From contig JANWUR010000013.1 in the NCBI GenBank assembly GCA_024958655.1, positions 35,043-99,042 on the forward strand: a stretch of DNA of 64,000 nt, given 5' to 3'. This DNA is from Cyanobium sp. FGCU6 (GTDB taxonomy: Bacteria > Cyanobacteriota > Cyanobacteriia > PCC-6307 > Cyanobiaceae). Made by a program: the position numbers and the translations under genes. Position 1 is the stretch's first letter. Every line of letters begins with the position of its first letter. A model generated the notes under the pieces. The model worked only from the letters and a program-made list of their open reading frames with translations. It was not told the origin of the DNA and ran no database searches. This document shows positions 38,739 through 47,965 of the stretch, piece by piece.

Positions 38739-39859
38739 ACAGCGGCCGATCACCCCGCTCGCGCAGCAGCAACCCCGTGGTGCGCCCGCTGTTGCTGGTG
38801 CTTCGCCTGGCCGTGATGGGCGCCGGGATCGGCGTTCTGGTGGGCACGGGACTGAAGCTGCTGGCCCCCCGGCTGGCGCAGGGCGCCGTCGGCAAGCCCC
38901 AGGTGGACGCCGCCCCCCGCATCGCCGCCGGCGGCGGCATGTCGCTCGGGCGGTTCGACCCCCGCCGCGAACTCACCGACCTCAGCCGCCAGTGGACCCA
39001 GCTGGCGGCAGCCCAGAAGGGACTGACCGTCTCCGGCTTCCTGCTGGTGCTCGATGACGGCCGCTACGCCCAGCTTGCCGCCGACAAGCCGATGCCCGCC
39101 GCCAGCTCGATCAAGACACCGATCCTGCTGGCGGGCCTCGAAGACCTCGACCGCGGCAGGCTGCGCTGGAATGAGCCCCTGCCCCTCACCAAGGAGGTGC
39201 AGGGCGGCGGCGCCGGCTGGATGGCCAACAAGCCGCTCGGCACCCGCTTCCCCTTCTTCGAGGCCGCCACCGAGATGATCCGGGTGAGCGACAACAGCGC
39301 CACCAACCTGCTGATCAAGCGGCTCGGCGGCCGGCAGGCCCTCAACGCCCGCTTCCAGTCCCTCGGGCTGCCCGCCACCGTGATCAACAACTGGCTCCCC
39401 GATCTGGGCGGCACCAACACCACCAGCGCCCGCGATCTGGCCAAGGCGATCGCGATGGTGGACACCGGCGAGAAGCTCAGCCCCCGCGCCCGGGATCTGT
39501 TCCGCGAGATCCTCTCAACCTCCGGCACCAACACCCTGATTCCAGCTGGCCTGCTCAAGGGCCTGGGCAAGGAGTCGTCCGATCCCGACGATGAACTGCT
39601 GCCCTACGGCGTCACGGCCTACAACAAGACCGGCGACATCGGCATCGCCTACGCGGACGCGGCCCTGATCCAGCTGCCCAGCGGCCAACGGGCGGTGGCG
39701 GCCTTCATGGTGAAAGGGCCCTTCAACGACCCCCGCTCGGGCGACCTGATCCGCGCCATGGCCGCCACCGTGAGCCGCACACTGGTGGGCAAGGGCGCGG
39801 TCTCGAGCGCCGACCTCCCCAACCAGGGGGAGACCCCCGCCCGACGGCCCCAGCCATGA
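38735..39859 (+). CDS. Class A beta-lactamase-like serine hydrolase / PBP
   Basis: SxxK (ASSIK), SDN and KTG motifs intact; N-terminal TM. Confidence 0.9.
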   Translation: MNSGRSPRSRSSNPVVRPLLLVLRLAVMGAGIGVLVGTGLKLLAPRLAQGAVGKPQVDAAPRIAAGGGMSLGRFDPRRELTDLSRQWTQLAAAQKGLTVSGFLLVLDDGRYAQLAADKPMPAASSIKTPILLAGLEDLDRGRLRWNEPLPLTKEVQGGGAGWMANKPLGTRFPFFEAATEMIRVSDNSATNLLIKRLGGRQALNARFQSLGLPATVINNWLPDLGGTNTTSARDLAKAIAMVDTGEKLSPRARDLFREILSTSGTNTLIPAGLLKGLGKESSDPDDELLPYGVTAYNKTGDIGIAYADAALIQLPSGQRAVAAFMVKGPFNDPRSGDLIRAMAATVSRTLVGKGAVSSADLPNQGETPARRPQP

Positions 39860-39869
39860 GGCCCCAGTC

Positions 39870-41306
39870 ATGAGAACGATCGCTGCGCTGCTCCTGGCCC
39901 TGCCGCTCGCCGGCCCGCCGGCGGCGGCCCTCGCCAACGGCGCCCCGGCCGCGGCGCCGACCTCCGTGCTGAGGCCCCGCACCGTCGCCCCCCTGCCGGG
40001 GGGGCTGGATGCGGTGCCGATGCTCAACGACAACAACCCGGAGCTGATCCGCTCCGCCGGCATCCTGCTCTCCACCTTCGCCGGCAGCGGACAGGCGGAT
40101 CCCTCCGCCCACCTCGACCATCCCCTGAGCGGGCGCTTCGACCTGTTCAGCCACCACGTGTACGCCGGCCGGCCCGAAACTCTCGACTCCACGCTGTGGC
40201 TGGCGCTGGTGGGGCGGCCCCGGGGCGATCGACCGGTGCGGCTCCAGCTGCTGGCCGGTTCGACGGCCCTCTCCCAGTCCCCCGACGGCCGGGAGCCGGC
40301 GGCGCCGTTCCTGCCCCTGCCCACCCTGATGCCCCAGGGGGCGAGCACCACTCCCGCGTGGTCGGGGCCGGGCAGCCGGGTGGCCACCGAACTGCTGCAG
40401 CGGCAGCGGGGCGCGGGGCTGCCCTCGGGCTGGACCCTGGAGCCCGGCCGGATCACCACCCTGCTGGAGCTGCCGCTGCCGGTGCGGGGGCTCGATCCCC
40501 TGCTCAACGGCCGCAACCTCCAGCTCCAGCTCCAGAGCGACGGACCGCTCGACCTGGCCCTGCTGGCGGCCCCCGCCGACGGGGAGCGGCCTCCGTCGGC
40601 GACTGTCTGGCGCCAGCTGCTCGAGGGCGGGCTGAGCCCGAAGGAGCATGCGCCCACCCCGAAGGGAGCCCCGGGCGGGATGGTGTATTCCCGCGTCAGC
40701 GGCGTGCAGACGGGCAGCCACTGGCGGGGCCGGCTGGCGGCGCCGGGCAGCAGCGAGCTGCCGGTGAGCCGGGCGCCGATCTCCTGGCCGATCGCCTCCC
40801 TGGAGCGGGGCAGCCTGGGAACCGGCCAGGTGCAGACCGCCCCGCTTTCGGCCTTCTACCCCGGCACCGCCTGGGCAGCCCACGGCAACTACGGCGTCAC
40901 CTACGACCTCGTGCTGCCGCTGGTGAACGACACCGGCCGGCCGGCAGCCCTGGCGCTCGCCTTCGAATCGCCCCTCAAGCACGATCGGCCCATGGGGGGT
41001 CTGCGCTTTGCGGTGACCCCCAGCCGCGCCGTGACCTTCCGGGGCACGGTGGAGGTGAGCGGCCTCGACGGCCCCCAGGGACGCCCCCTCGGCAGGCAGG
41101 CGTTTCACCTGGTGCTGCGGGCCGGCGAGGAGGGACCGCCGCTGGGCCAGGTGCGCCTGGCCCCCGGCGAACGGCGCTCCCTGCGGGTGCGGCTGATCTA
41201 CCCCGCCGACGCCACGCCGCCCCAGGTGCTGTCGCTGCTGCCGCTGGCGCCGGTGGCCGGCGGGGCTGTGAAACAATCCGGGATTACGCCGTCCGCCACC
41301 CCGTGA
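39870..41306 (+). CDS. DUF3370 family protein
   Basis: LNDNNPELI, FDLFSHH, HGNYGVTY. Confidence 0.88.
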   Translation: MRTIAALLLALPLAGPPAAALANGAPAAAPTSVLRPRTVAPLPGGLDAVPMLNDNNPELIRSAGILLSTFAGSGQADPSAHLDHPLSGRFDLFSHHVYAGRPETLDSTLWLALVGRPRGDRPVRLQLLAGSTALSQSPDGREPAAPFLPLPTLMPQGASTTPAWSGPGSRVATELLQRQRGAGLPSGWTLEPGRITTLLELPLPVRGLDPLLNGRNLQLQLQSDGPLDLALLAAPADGERPPSATVWRQLLEGGLSPKEHAPTPKGAPGGMVYSRVSGVQTGSHWRGRLAAPGSSELPVSRAPISWPIASLERGSLGTGQVQTAPLSAFYPGTAWAAHGNYGVTYDLVLPLVNDTGRPAALALAFESPLKHDRPMGGLRFAVTPSRAVTFRGTVEVSGLDGPQGRPLGRQAFHLVLRAGEEGPPLGQVRLAPGERRSLRVRLIYPADATPPQVLSLLPLAPVAGGAVKQSGITPSATP

Positions 41307-42391
41307 GCCAGACCAGGAAGCGCAGGGTCTTCCCCTTCACCGCCATCGTTGGTCAGGAGGAGATGAAGCTGGCTCTGCTGCTCAATGTGATCGATCCACG
41401 CATCGGCGGCGTGATGATCATGGGCGACCGCGGCACGGGCAAGAGCACCACGATCCGCGCCCTGGCGGATCTGCTGCCGGCGATCGACGTGGTGGCGGGC
41501 GACCCTTACAACAGTTCGCCGGCGGATCCGGATCTGCAGAGCACCGAGGTGCGCCAGCGGCTGGAGCATGGCGAGCAGGTGCCGGTGGAGCAGCGCCAGG
41601 TGCCGATGGTGGATCTGCCGCTGGGCGCCACCGAAGATCGCCTCTGCGGCACGATCGACATCGAGAAGGCCCTCAGCGAGGGCGTGCGGGCGTTCGAGCC
41701 GGGGCTGCTGGCCAAGGCCAACCGCGGCCTGCTCTACGTGGATGAGGTGAACCTGCTCGACGACCACCTGGTGGACGTGCTGCTGGATTCGGCGGCCTCG
41801 GGCTGGAACACCGTGGAACGGGAGGGGGTGAGCGTGCGCCACCCGGCCCGCTTCGTGCTGATCGGCTCCGGCAACCCGGAGGAGGGAGAACTGCGGCCCC
41901 AGCTGCTCGATCGCTTCGGCATGAGCGTGGAGGTGCGCACGGTGCGCGATCCGGAGCTGCGGGTGCAGGTGGTGGATCAGCGCACCAGCTTCGACAGCGA
42001 TCCCGACGGCTTCAACGACGCCGTGCAGTCGCACCAGGACGCGCTGCAGGCGCGGGTGGTGGAAGCCCAGCAGCGCCTGCCGCACGTGAGCATCGACGAC
42101 GACCTGCGCATCCGCATCTCGGCGGTGTGCGGCGAACTGGATGTGGACGGTCTGCGGGGCGACATCGTGACCAACCGCGCGGCCCGGGCCCTGGCGGCCT
42201 TCGAGGGCCGCACCGAGGTGGGCGACAACGACGTGGCCCGGGTGGTGGCCTGCTGCCTGCGCCATCGCCTGCGCAAGGACCCACTGGAGCAGATCGACTC
42301 CGGCGATCGGGTGGTGAAGGTGTTCTGCAAGGTGTTCGAGCGCCCCGAACCCAGCGACCGCAGCGCCTTCCAGCTGGCCCTCGCCGGCTGA
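41303..42391 (+). CDS. chlI: Magnesium chelatase ATPase subunit I
   Basis: FPFTAIVGQEEMK, GDRGTGKST, DEVNLLDDH, LRHRLRKDP. Confidence 0.97.
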   Translation: MSQTRKRRVFPFTAIVGQEEMKLALLLNVIDPRIGGVMIMGDRGTGKSTTIRALADLLPAIDVVAGDPYNSSPADPDLQSTEVRQRLEHGEQVPVEQRQVPMVDLPLGATEDRLCGTIDIEKALSEGVRAFEPGLLAKANRGLLYVDEVNLLDDHLVDVLLDSAASGWNTVEREGVSVRHPARFVLIGSGNPEEGELRPQLLDRFGMSVEVRTVRDPELRVQVVDQRTSFDSDPDGFNDAVQSHQDALQARVVEAQQRLPHVSIDDDLRIRISAVCGELDVDGLRGDIVTNRAARALAAFEGRTEVGDNDVARVVACCLRHRLRKDPLEQIDSGDRVVKVFCKVFERPEPSDRSAFQLALAG

Positions 42392-42401
42392 ACCCTTGCG
42401 C

Positions 42402-42472
42402 ATCCTCGGCATCGATCCCGGTCTGGCCCGCGTGGGCTACAGCGTGATCGACGTGGAGGCCGGCGGGCAGCA
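42402..42472 (+). repeat. Orphan copy of the ruvC 5' end (71-bp direct repeat, copy 1)
   Basis: Identical to 45527-45597 except a/g at 42441/45566; preceded by TTG CGC at 42396. Confidence 0.95.
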
Positions 42473-42504
42473 AAGCGCCAACGGAAGGCGCTACGAGAAT
42501 AAAT

Positions 42505-42675
42505 CAGAGCTGCAAAACCTCAGCAACTCGTAAAGCCTGCCCAGAGTCGGCCGGCCTACTCAATTCCGCAGCCGAACAGCAGGTCGGTGGAGCTGAATCC
42601 CACACGATTCATATTCTCGGCGATGCGCTGGTCGGCGTTGTCGATCAGGCGTTCGCCTGCTGCTGCTCAACGGCG
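42505..42675 (-). pseudogene. Fragment resembling the YddA/BacA/ABCD-type ABC transporter membrane domain
   Basis: Frame reads LIDNADQRIAENMNRVGFSSTDLLFG, similar to the IDNPDQRIxED signature; no start codon. Confidence 0.45.
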
Positions 42676-42798
42676 TCCTGCGCTGCCACTTGCTGCTGCA
42701 ACGGCATGCTCCGCTCGAAGACGTGCCGGCCCCCGCAGCTGGCCGCTGAGCTCCAGCTGGTGCTGGGGGCATCGCGCTTGGGATGCTGTGGGTCCTGC

Positions 42799-43989
42799 TC
42801 ACCCGGGGGCTGGCCCTGGGGGCCCCGCTGCTACAGGCATGGCGTTGAAAGCTCCGGCACGGGCCCGACGCAGCAGCTCCGAGGGCCTCAGTCCCTGGAA
42901 GCGCTGGAAATCGGCGCTGAACTGGCTGGTGGAGCGATAGCCACATTCCCGTGCCAGCACCTGCACCGTGTCGGAGTCGCGGGGGGCAGAGAGCCTGGCA
43001 AAGGCATGGGCCAGGCGCAGCTGGCGAACCCACTGCATCGGGCTGCACTGAAATCGCTGCTGAAAAGCGTTGTGCAGAGTGCGGCGCGAATAGTGGCTGC
43101 GCTGCTCGAGCAACTGCAGGCTGATCGGCTGATCGAGGTTGGCTTTGATGTAATCGAGCAGGGGCTCGATCAGGTCATCGTCGCCATGGGAAGCAGTTCC
43201 CCGCACCTCGCCCGCGGCGACCGTCTCCGCTTCGTCGAGGTCAGCAAACGCCAGCAGGGCCAGCAGACGCGGAAGCTGCCGGTCGAACAGGAGCGGATCC
43301 TGCAGCCCGTCGCCGATCCGCTCCAGCTGGCAGATGCTGGCAAGTAAACATTCCAGGGATGCCAGCAGGGCGGTGCCGCGCCGGTCGTGGCTGCCGCCAA
43401 CCTGCTGGGGCGAGCGCAGCGGCCGGGCGTTGAAGGGTGCCTGCGCGCCCCGCTCGGCGTGGATCCGGCAGGCACTCTTGAACAACTCCGCCGGATCCAG
43501 GGGCAGCAGCGTGCCGCTGGCAATCCGGCTGCGCGCGATCAGCACCCAGGGTTCCCCCGAGAGGATCAGACCAGAGCCGGCCCGCAGCTCGTGCTGCAGC
43601 CCGTGCTGCTCCAGCCGCGAGACACCCTGGTGCTGTAGCAGCAGCCAATGGCCGTCATGGCCATCAACCTCCAGCCGCAGCGGCGAGCCAAGCCAGGCGG
43701 CCATGCAAAGCGGTCCTGGCTGTAGGTGGCCGTCGCGGTGCCACCAGGCCGACTCGCCCGCGAGGGATACCAGCCTCCGCAGCGGCAGCAGACCGGCCAG
43801 AACGCGGGCGGTGTCGGCCACACGGGGGGAGGGCTGCAGCCAGGGCCGCAGGGGGTGGCGCAGCGTCCGATTGGGCAGTCGAGCCTGCCGCGACCTTCTG
43901 CTCTGATGTTGCGGCAGGTCTGTCAAGACAGCTCCGGGATCAACGGCAGAGCGAATGTGCCGAAGCGACACAACCCGGCGCATGATCAA
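42799..43989 (-). CDS. AraC-family transcriptional regulator
   Basis: C-terminal double HTH: YIKANLDQPISL...SRRTLHNAF...SPMQW...ECGY...FSADF...PSE. Confidence 0.92.
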   Translation of the reverse strand: MIMRRVVSLRHIRSAVDPGAVLTDLPQHQSRRSRQARLPNRTLRHPLRPWLQPSPRVADTARVLAGLLPLRRLVSLAGESAWWHRDGHLQPGPLCMAAWLGSPLRLEVDGHDGHWLLLQHQGVSRLEQHGLQHELRAGSGLILSGEPWVLIARSRIASGTLLPLDPAELFKSACRIHAERGAQAPFNARPLRSPQQVGGSHDRRGTALLASLECLLASICQLERIGDGLQDPLLFDRQLPRLLALLAFADLDEAETVAAGEVRGTASHGDDDLIEPLLDYIKANLDQPISLQLLEQRSHYSRRTLHNAFQQRFQCSPMQWVRQLRLAHAFARLSAPRDSDTVQVLARECGYRSTSQFSADFQRFQGLRPSELLRRARAGAFNAMPVAAGPPGPAPG

Positions 43990-44405
43990 CAGAAAGCAAT
44001 TCTGGCCGACCCGCCTACTAGGACAGAAAAATTGTGAAATTTATATGCACCGCACCCCCACCAGAACCATCAAAAACAGGCAGTAGTAACAAAATCAGGA
44101 AATGATCAGCAACAGCAGTACCTTGAGGCGCAACACAGCAGCAACAGATATGCTAACCTAAAAATGATAGGTCGGCTTTTGCAGTTCTCCGGTTTTCAGA
44201 TGTCATGACTTTCTGCCAAACATCTCAGCAATTCTTACCCCATCAGCCTGATCTCAGCAAAGCCGATGTTGACGTCCAGGAAATTCCCGCCACCCGGGGA
44301 GATTCAGGCCTTTGCAATAATCTGCAGCCATGCCAAGACACCTACATAAATCCTCGAAACCGGGTACGCAATTTTACAGCCCGACAACCTCACGCTCATC
44401 TTAAT

Positions 44406-45452
44406 ATGAAATCTACAACAGTCGCTATTGCCAAGCCCCTGTCAAAGCTTTCACTTGTTATACCAGCTGTGTCAGCAGTACTCCTGGCGGCAGGTAGTGC
44501 TCTTGCTTCAGGGAACACCGCTTACGGCGTGCCAACTCCACCAGGGCCTTTTGTCGTGCCGGTTCCAAGCAAAATCCTCCCCGAGCCCTGGCGTGTTCCA
44601 GGAAAAGAATTCTCGACATATCCTGATCTTAATTCTGCTAATAACCAGGCGATCGGCCAGTCGATGTTCTGGGATGGCCTCGGCGGCGTGCAGGATGCGA
44701 AGGTTTATTCGAATATTTTTCAGCTTGACGCTTTGGCGTACTCCAGCGACGCTTTATTCCATGCCGTCCTAGAAAGACGAACAAACTTGTTATTATCTTT
44801 CGTAGGCGACTCCGGCGGCAATTCTGTCTATGCCATTAACCCCTATGGAAATATATCTATTTGGGCGACCAATCATACAGTATGGTCTGGTCCTCCAGCC
44901 TCATTTGATTTGGATGCGTTAGAAATCTGGGGACCCGAGCTCGTAGTCGCAAACCGTTTTTCCCTACAGGGCGATGTCAGTCCAGATGGCACTCAGCCTG
45001 CCTCTGTCATGAATGATAATGGAACAGTTAAATATACACCCTTAGACATTGCAACTGCCATCGGCGCTCCTCAGCTTGCTGATGATATTGATCTTGATGG
45101 CCTTATGGTTTTTGGAGATGAGCTTTTGTTTAGCATTCAACCCATTGGTGGATTTGATGGTGGTGAAATCTGGCATTGGACTGGCGGAGCCGCGCCAGCC
45201 GAATTCCTCAAGTTTGGCAAAAATTTGCTAACCAGTGATCCCGATGATCTGATTACCTGGAACACCGGTTTCAACATTCAAGACTACTTTGCACATCAGG
45301 GTTATACTATCAATTCTGAAAACATTGATGCGATAGAAGCTGCCTCGACTGTTCCCGGCCCCCTGCCGCTCCTTGGAGTCGGCACCGCCTTCGGCCTCAG
45401 CCGTAAGCTGCGCCGTCGGATCGAGGGTGCACGCTTGCTGACCAAAGGCTGA
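44406..45452 (+). CDS. PEP-CTERM-type (VPGP) sorted surface protein
   Basis: Signal peptide ending ALA; repeated DxDAL/G motifs; tail VPGPLPLLGVGTAFGLSRKLRRRI. Confidence 0.88.
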   Translation: MKSTTVAIAKPLSKLSLVIPAVSAVLLAAGSALASGNTAYGVPTPPGPFVVPVPSKILPEPWRVPGKEFSTYPDLNSANNQAIGQSMFWDGLGGVQDAKVYSNIFQLDALAYSSDALFHAVLERRTNLLLSFVGDSGGNSVYAINPYGNISIWATNHTVWSGPPASFDLDALEIWGPELVVANRFSLQGDVSPDGTQPASVMNDNGTVKYTPLDIATAIGAPQLADDIDLDGLMVFGDELLFSIQPIGGFDGGEIWHWTGGAAPAEFLKFGKNLLTSDPDDLITWNTGFNIQDYFAHQGYTINSENIDAIEAASTVPGPLPLLGVGTAFGLSRKLRRRIEGARLLTKG

Positions 45453-45520
45453 TTCTTTCTGCCACGCTCGACCATTGCTGATTCGCCGACCACACTGGAT
45501 CACCAGCAGTCCGGCCTCCG

Positions 45521-45988
45521 ATGGTGATCCTCGGCATCGATCCCGGTCTGGCCCGCGTGGGCTACGGCGTGATCGACGTGGAGGCCGGCGGGCAGCAGCA
45601 GTTGCTCGACTGCGGCATGATCAAGACCGACCCCGGCCGCAGCGACGGCGAGCGGATGGTGGAGATCGCTGCCGATCTGCGCCAGCTGATCCGCCGCTGG
45701 CGCCCCGATCTCGCGGCGGTGGAGAAGTTCTTCTTCTACCGCTCCAGCACCACCATCTCTGTGGTGCAGGCCCGCGGCGTGCTGGTGATGACCCTGGCCC
45801 GCTTCGCGGTTCCGGTGGTGGAGTTTCCGCCGATGCAGATCAAGCTGGTCCTCGCCGGCCATGGCCATGCCGAAAAGGGCGAGGTGCTCGCCGCCGTGAT
45901 GCGTGAGCTGGCGCTGGAGGCGCCCCCCCGGCCCGATGACGCCGCCGATGCCCTGGCGGTGGCGCTCACCGCCTGGTTTCAGCGATGA
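45521..45988 (+). CDS. ruvC: Holliday junction resolvase
   Basis: [23 protein letters not shown]. Confidence 0.96.
   Translation: MVILGIDPGLARVGYGVIDVEAGGQQQLLDCGMIKTDPGRSDGERMVEIAADLRQLIRRWRPDLAAVEKFFFYRSSTTISVVQARGVLVMTLARFAVPVVEFPPMQIKLVLAGHGHAEKGEVLAAVMRELALEAPPRPDDAADALAVALTAWFQR
45527..45597 (+). repeat. 71-bp direct repeat, copy 2 (within intact ruvC)
   Basis: Matches 42402-42472 at 70/71 positions. Confidence 0.95.
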
Positions 45989-46608
45989 GCGAACCCGCCA
46001 CCAAGGACTCCCTGCGCCGCCACTACCGGCGGCTGCGCCGCGACAGCCTGGCGGCCGCCCTGCCGGCCCTGCAGAGCGCGGGCTGCCGGGAGCTGCCGGA
46101 CCTGCTGCCTCCCGGACGCCGCCTCGGCCTGTACTGGCCGGTGGGCAGCGAAGCCGATCTTCGTCCCCTGGCGGCCCTGCTGCCCGATCGGCTGGCACTG
46201 CCGGCGATCCGGCCCTGGAGCGGCGGCCCGGCCGCGGGCGTGAAGGGCGAGCAGCGCCTGGTGTACCTGCCCTGGAGCCCGGGCCAGCCACTCGCAGACG
46301 ACGGCTGCGGCATCCCGGCACCGCTGGAGGGATCCGCGCCTCTGGCGGCCGGGGCGCTGGGGCTGCTGCTGGTGCCGGCTCTGGCGATGGATGCCGAAGG
46401 CCTGCGGCTGGGATCGGGGGGCGGGTGGTACGACCGCCTGCGCAGCGATGCGGCCTGGGGAGCCGTGCCGGCCCTGGCGGTGCTGCCGGCGGCCTGTGTG
46501 GCGCTCTCTCTGCCCCGTGATCCCTGGGATGTGGCCTTCGATGGCTGGCTCGACGAGGGCGGCCTGCACCTGGTTCCACGAAGGCGAATGAACGTTGCAA
46601 GCTCCTAA
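45985..46608 (+). CDS. 5-formyltetrahydrofolate cyclo-ligase
   Basis: [10 protein letters not shown]...[11 protein letters not shown]; YWPVGSEAD. Confidence 0.9.
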   Translation: MSEPATKDSLRRHYRRLRRDSLAAALPALQSAGCRELPDLLPPGRRLGLYWPVGSEADLRPLAALLPDRLALPAIRPWSGGPAAGVKGEQRLVYLPWSPGQPLADDGCGIPAPLEGSAPLAAGALGLLLVPALAMDAEGLRLGSGGGWYDRLRSDAAWGAVPALAVLPAACVALSLPRDPWDVAFDGWLDEGGLHLVPRRRMNVASS

Positions 46609-46674
46609 GGCTGGGAGCCCGCGCACGCACAGCAGGCGGAGGTTTGCCAGGATCGCTTCAGTGATGCCTCCGCC

Positions 46675-46947
46675 TTGGACCTGACGCCCCTGGATCGCAC
46701 CACCCATCAGCTGGCGGCCACCAACACCACGGACACCACCGACACCACCGAGGGCGCACACCCCCGCGCCCTGTCGGTTGCGGCGCAGGCGGCCTCGGCC
46801 AGCGGTCCCACCGCCGCGGAGCGGATCCTGGCCGCCGAAATGGCGGGCAGGGCGGAAGGCAGTGACGCCCTCTCGATGATGGTGGGCTCGATCGCCCGGA
46901 TGGTGCAGGCGGGCAAGACGCGCGACAGTCGGTGGAAAGCCTCCTGA
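46675..46947 (+). CDS. Small conserved hypothetical protein; start uncertain
   Basis: GC3-rich frame ending DALSMMVGSIARMVQAG...W. Confidence 0.6.
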   Translation: MDLTPLDRTTHQLAATNTTDTTDTTEGAHPRALSVAAQAASASGPTAAERILAAEMAGRAEGSDALSMMVGSIARMVQAGKTRDSRWKAS

Positions 46948-46963
46948 ACACGCCTCCACTTCG

Positions 46964-47464
46964 ATGAAGCTCCGCTCTCTCTCCTGGCTGCTGGCCAGTG
47001 GCACACTGTTAATGGCCGGCGGTGGCGCCCATGCCCATGGCATCGAGTCGAGCCTCGAGCGCCTGGCGCCTCTCACCGATGGCAAAGCCTTCGAGCGGCC
47101 CCGCAGCTCTGACACTTCCCTGCAGTTGGAGAGCCGGTTCTCCTCCGGACTGCCGGCCATCGACGCCGCGGTTCGCCTCGTTCCTCCGGATGGCGGCACG
47201 CCGATCGATCTCGGCCGCACCGACGCCGAAGGACGACTCACCTTCGCCCTGCCGCGCGGCGCCCGGCCCGACTGGGAGCTGCAGGTGGATGCCGGACCCG
47301 GCCACCGCGACTACCTCGAGCTGCCCACCGCTCCCGGGGCCAGCCAGGCCCGCACGAGCGAAGGCCTTCGCCTCCCACGGCTCGCGGCGGCGGCCAGTCC
47401 GATCGCTGCCCTCGGCCTGATCGGCTGCCTCGGCGCCGTGCCGCTGCTGCGCCGGCGCCGCTGA
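46964..47464 (+). CDS. Secreted/anchored hypothetical protein with an AHG N-terminus and a transthyretin-like segment
   Basis: Signal peptide ending AHA-HG; GRTDAEGRLTF...VDAGPGH; C-terminal TM plus RRRR. Confidence 0.75.
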   Translation: MKLRSLSWLLASGTLLMAGGGAHAHGIESSLERLAPLTDGKAFERPRSSDTSLQLESRFSSGLPAIDAAVRLVPPDGGTPIDLGRTDAEGRLTFALPRGARPDWELQVDAGPGHRDYLELPTAPGASQARTSEGLRLPRLAAAASPIAALGLIGCLGAVPLLRRRR

Positions 47465-47465
47465 C

Positions 47466-47915
47466 GTGATGGGCACCGGCAGTCCCGCCCTGGACCGGAT
47501 CGTGGAGAGGCTCGGCAGCACCGCCGATCCCAGGCGCCGCTACGAGTACGTGCTGTGGCTGGCGAAGAAGCTGCCCCCCCTGCCGGAGGACTACCGGCAG
47601 GACGTGTTCAAGGTGCGGGGCTGCGTGTCGCAGGTGTATGTGGTGGGACAGCTGCAGGAAGGCCGCCTTCATTGGCAGGGCGATTCGGATGCGGCGATCA
47701 CCAAGGGCCTGCTGGCACTGCTGATCGAGGGCCTGGAAGGGCTCACCCCGGCCCAGGTGGCAGCCCTCGATCCAGCCTTCCTTGCCGAAACCGGGCTGCA
47801 GGCAAGCCTCACCCCCTCGCGCGCGAACGGCTTCCTCAACATCTTCCGGATGATGCAGACCCAGGCCCGCTCCCTCGGCAGCCCCGGGACCGATGCCGCT
47901 GCCGGGGCCACCTAG
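47466..47915 (+). CDS. sufE: Fe-S sulfur-transfer protein SufE
   Basis: KVRGCVSQV, DSDAAITKGL, SLTPSRANG. Confidence 0.94.
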   Translation: MMGTGSPALDRIVERLGSTADPRRRYEYVLWLAKKLPPLPEDYRQDVFKVRGCVSQVYVVGQLQEGRLHWQGDSDAAITKGLLALLIEGLEGLTPAQVAALDPAFLAETGLQASLTPSRANGFLNIFRMMQTQARSLGSPGTDAAAGAT

Positions 47916-47965
47916 CCTGGATGCCGTTGGATTTCTAGGATCGGAGGTTTGCGGGACTGCGGCCC

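Larger units (their letters stand above)
42402..45597. mobile_element. 3.1-kb insertion at the ruvC 5' end carrying AraC + PEP-CTERM
   Basis: Flanked by 71-bp direct repeats; splits the chlI-ruvC junction; lower-GC interior; no recombinase gene inside. Confidence 0.75.

Noticed and set aside
46636-46673. AGGCGGAGG/CCTCCGCCT hairpin sequestering a possible RBS
   Set aside because: The start codon of the downstream ORF is uncertain and there is no supporting motif; could be incidental.
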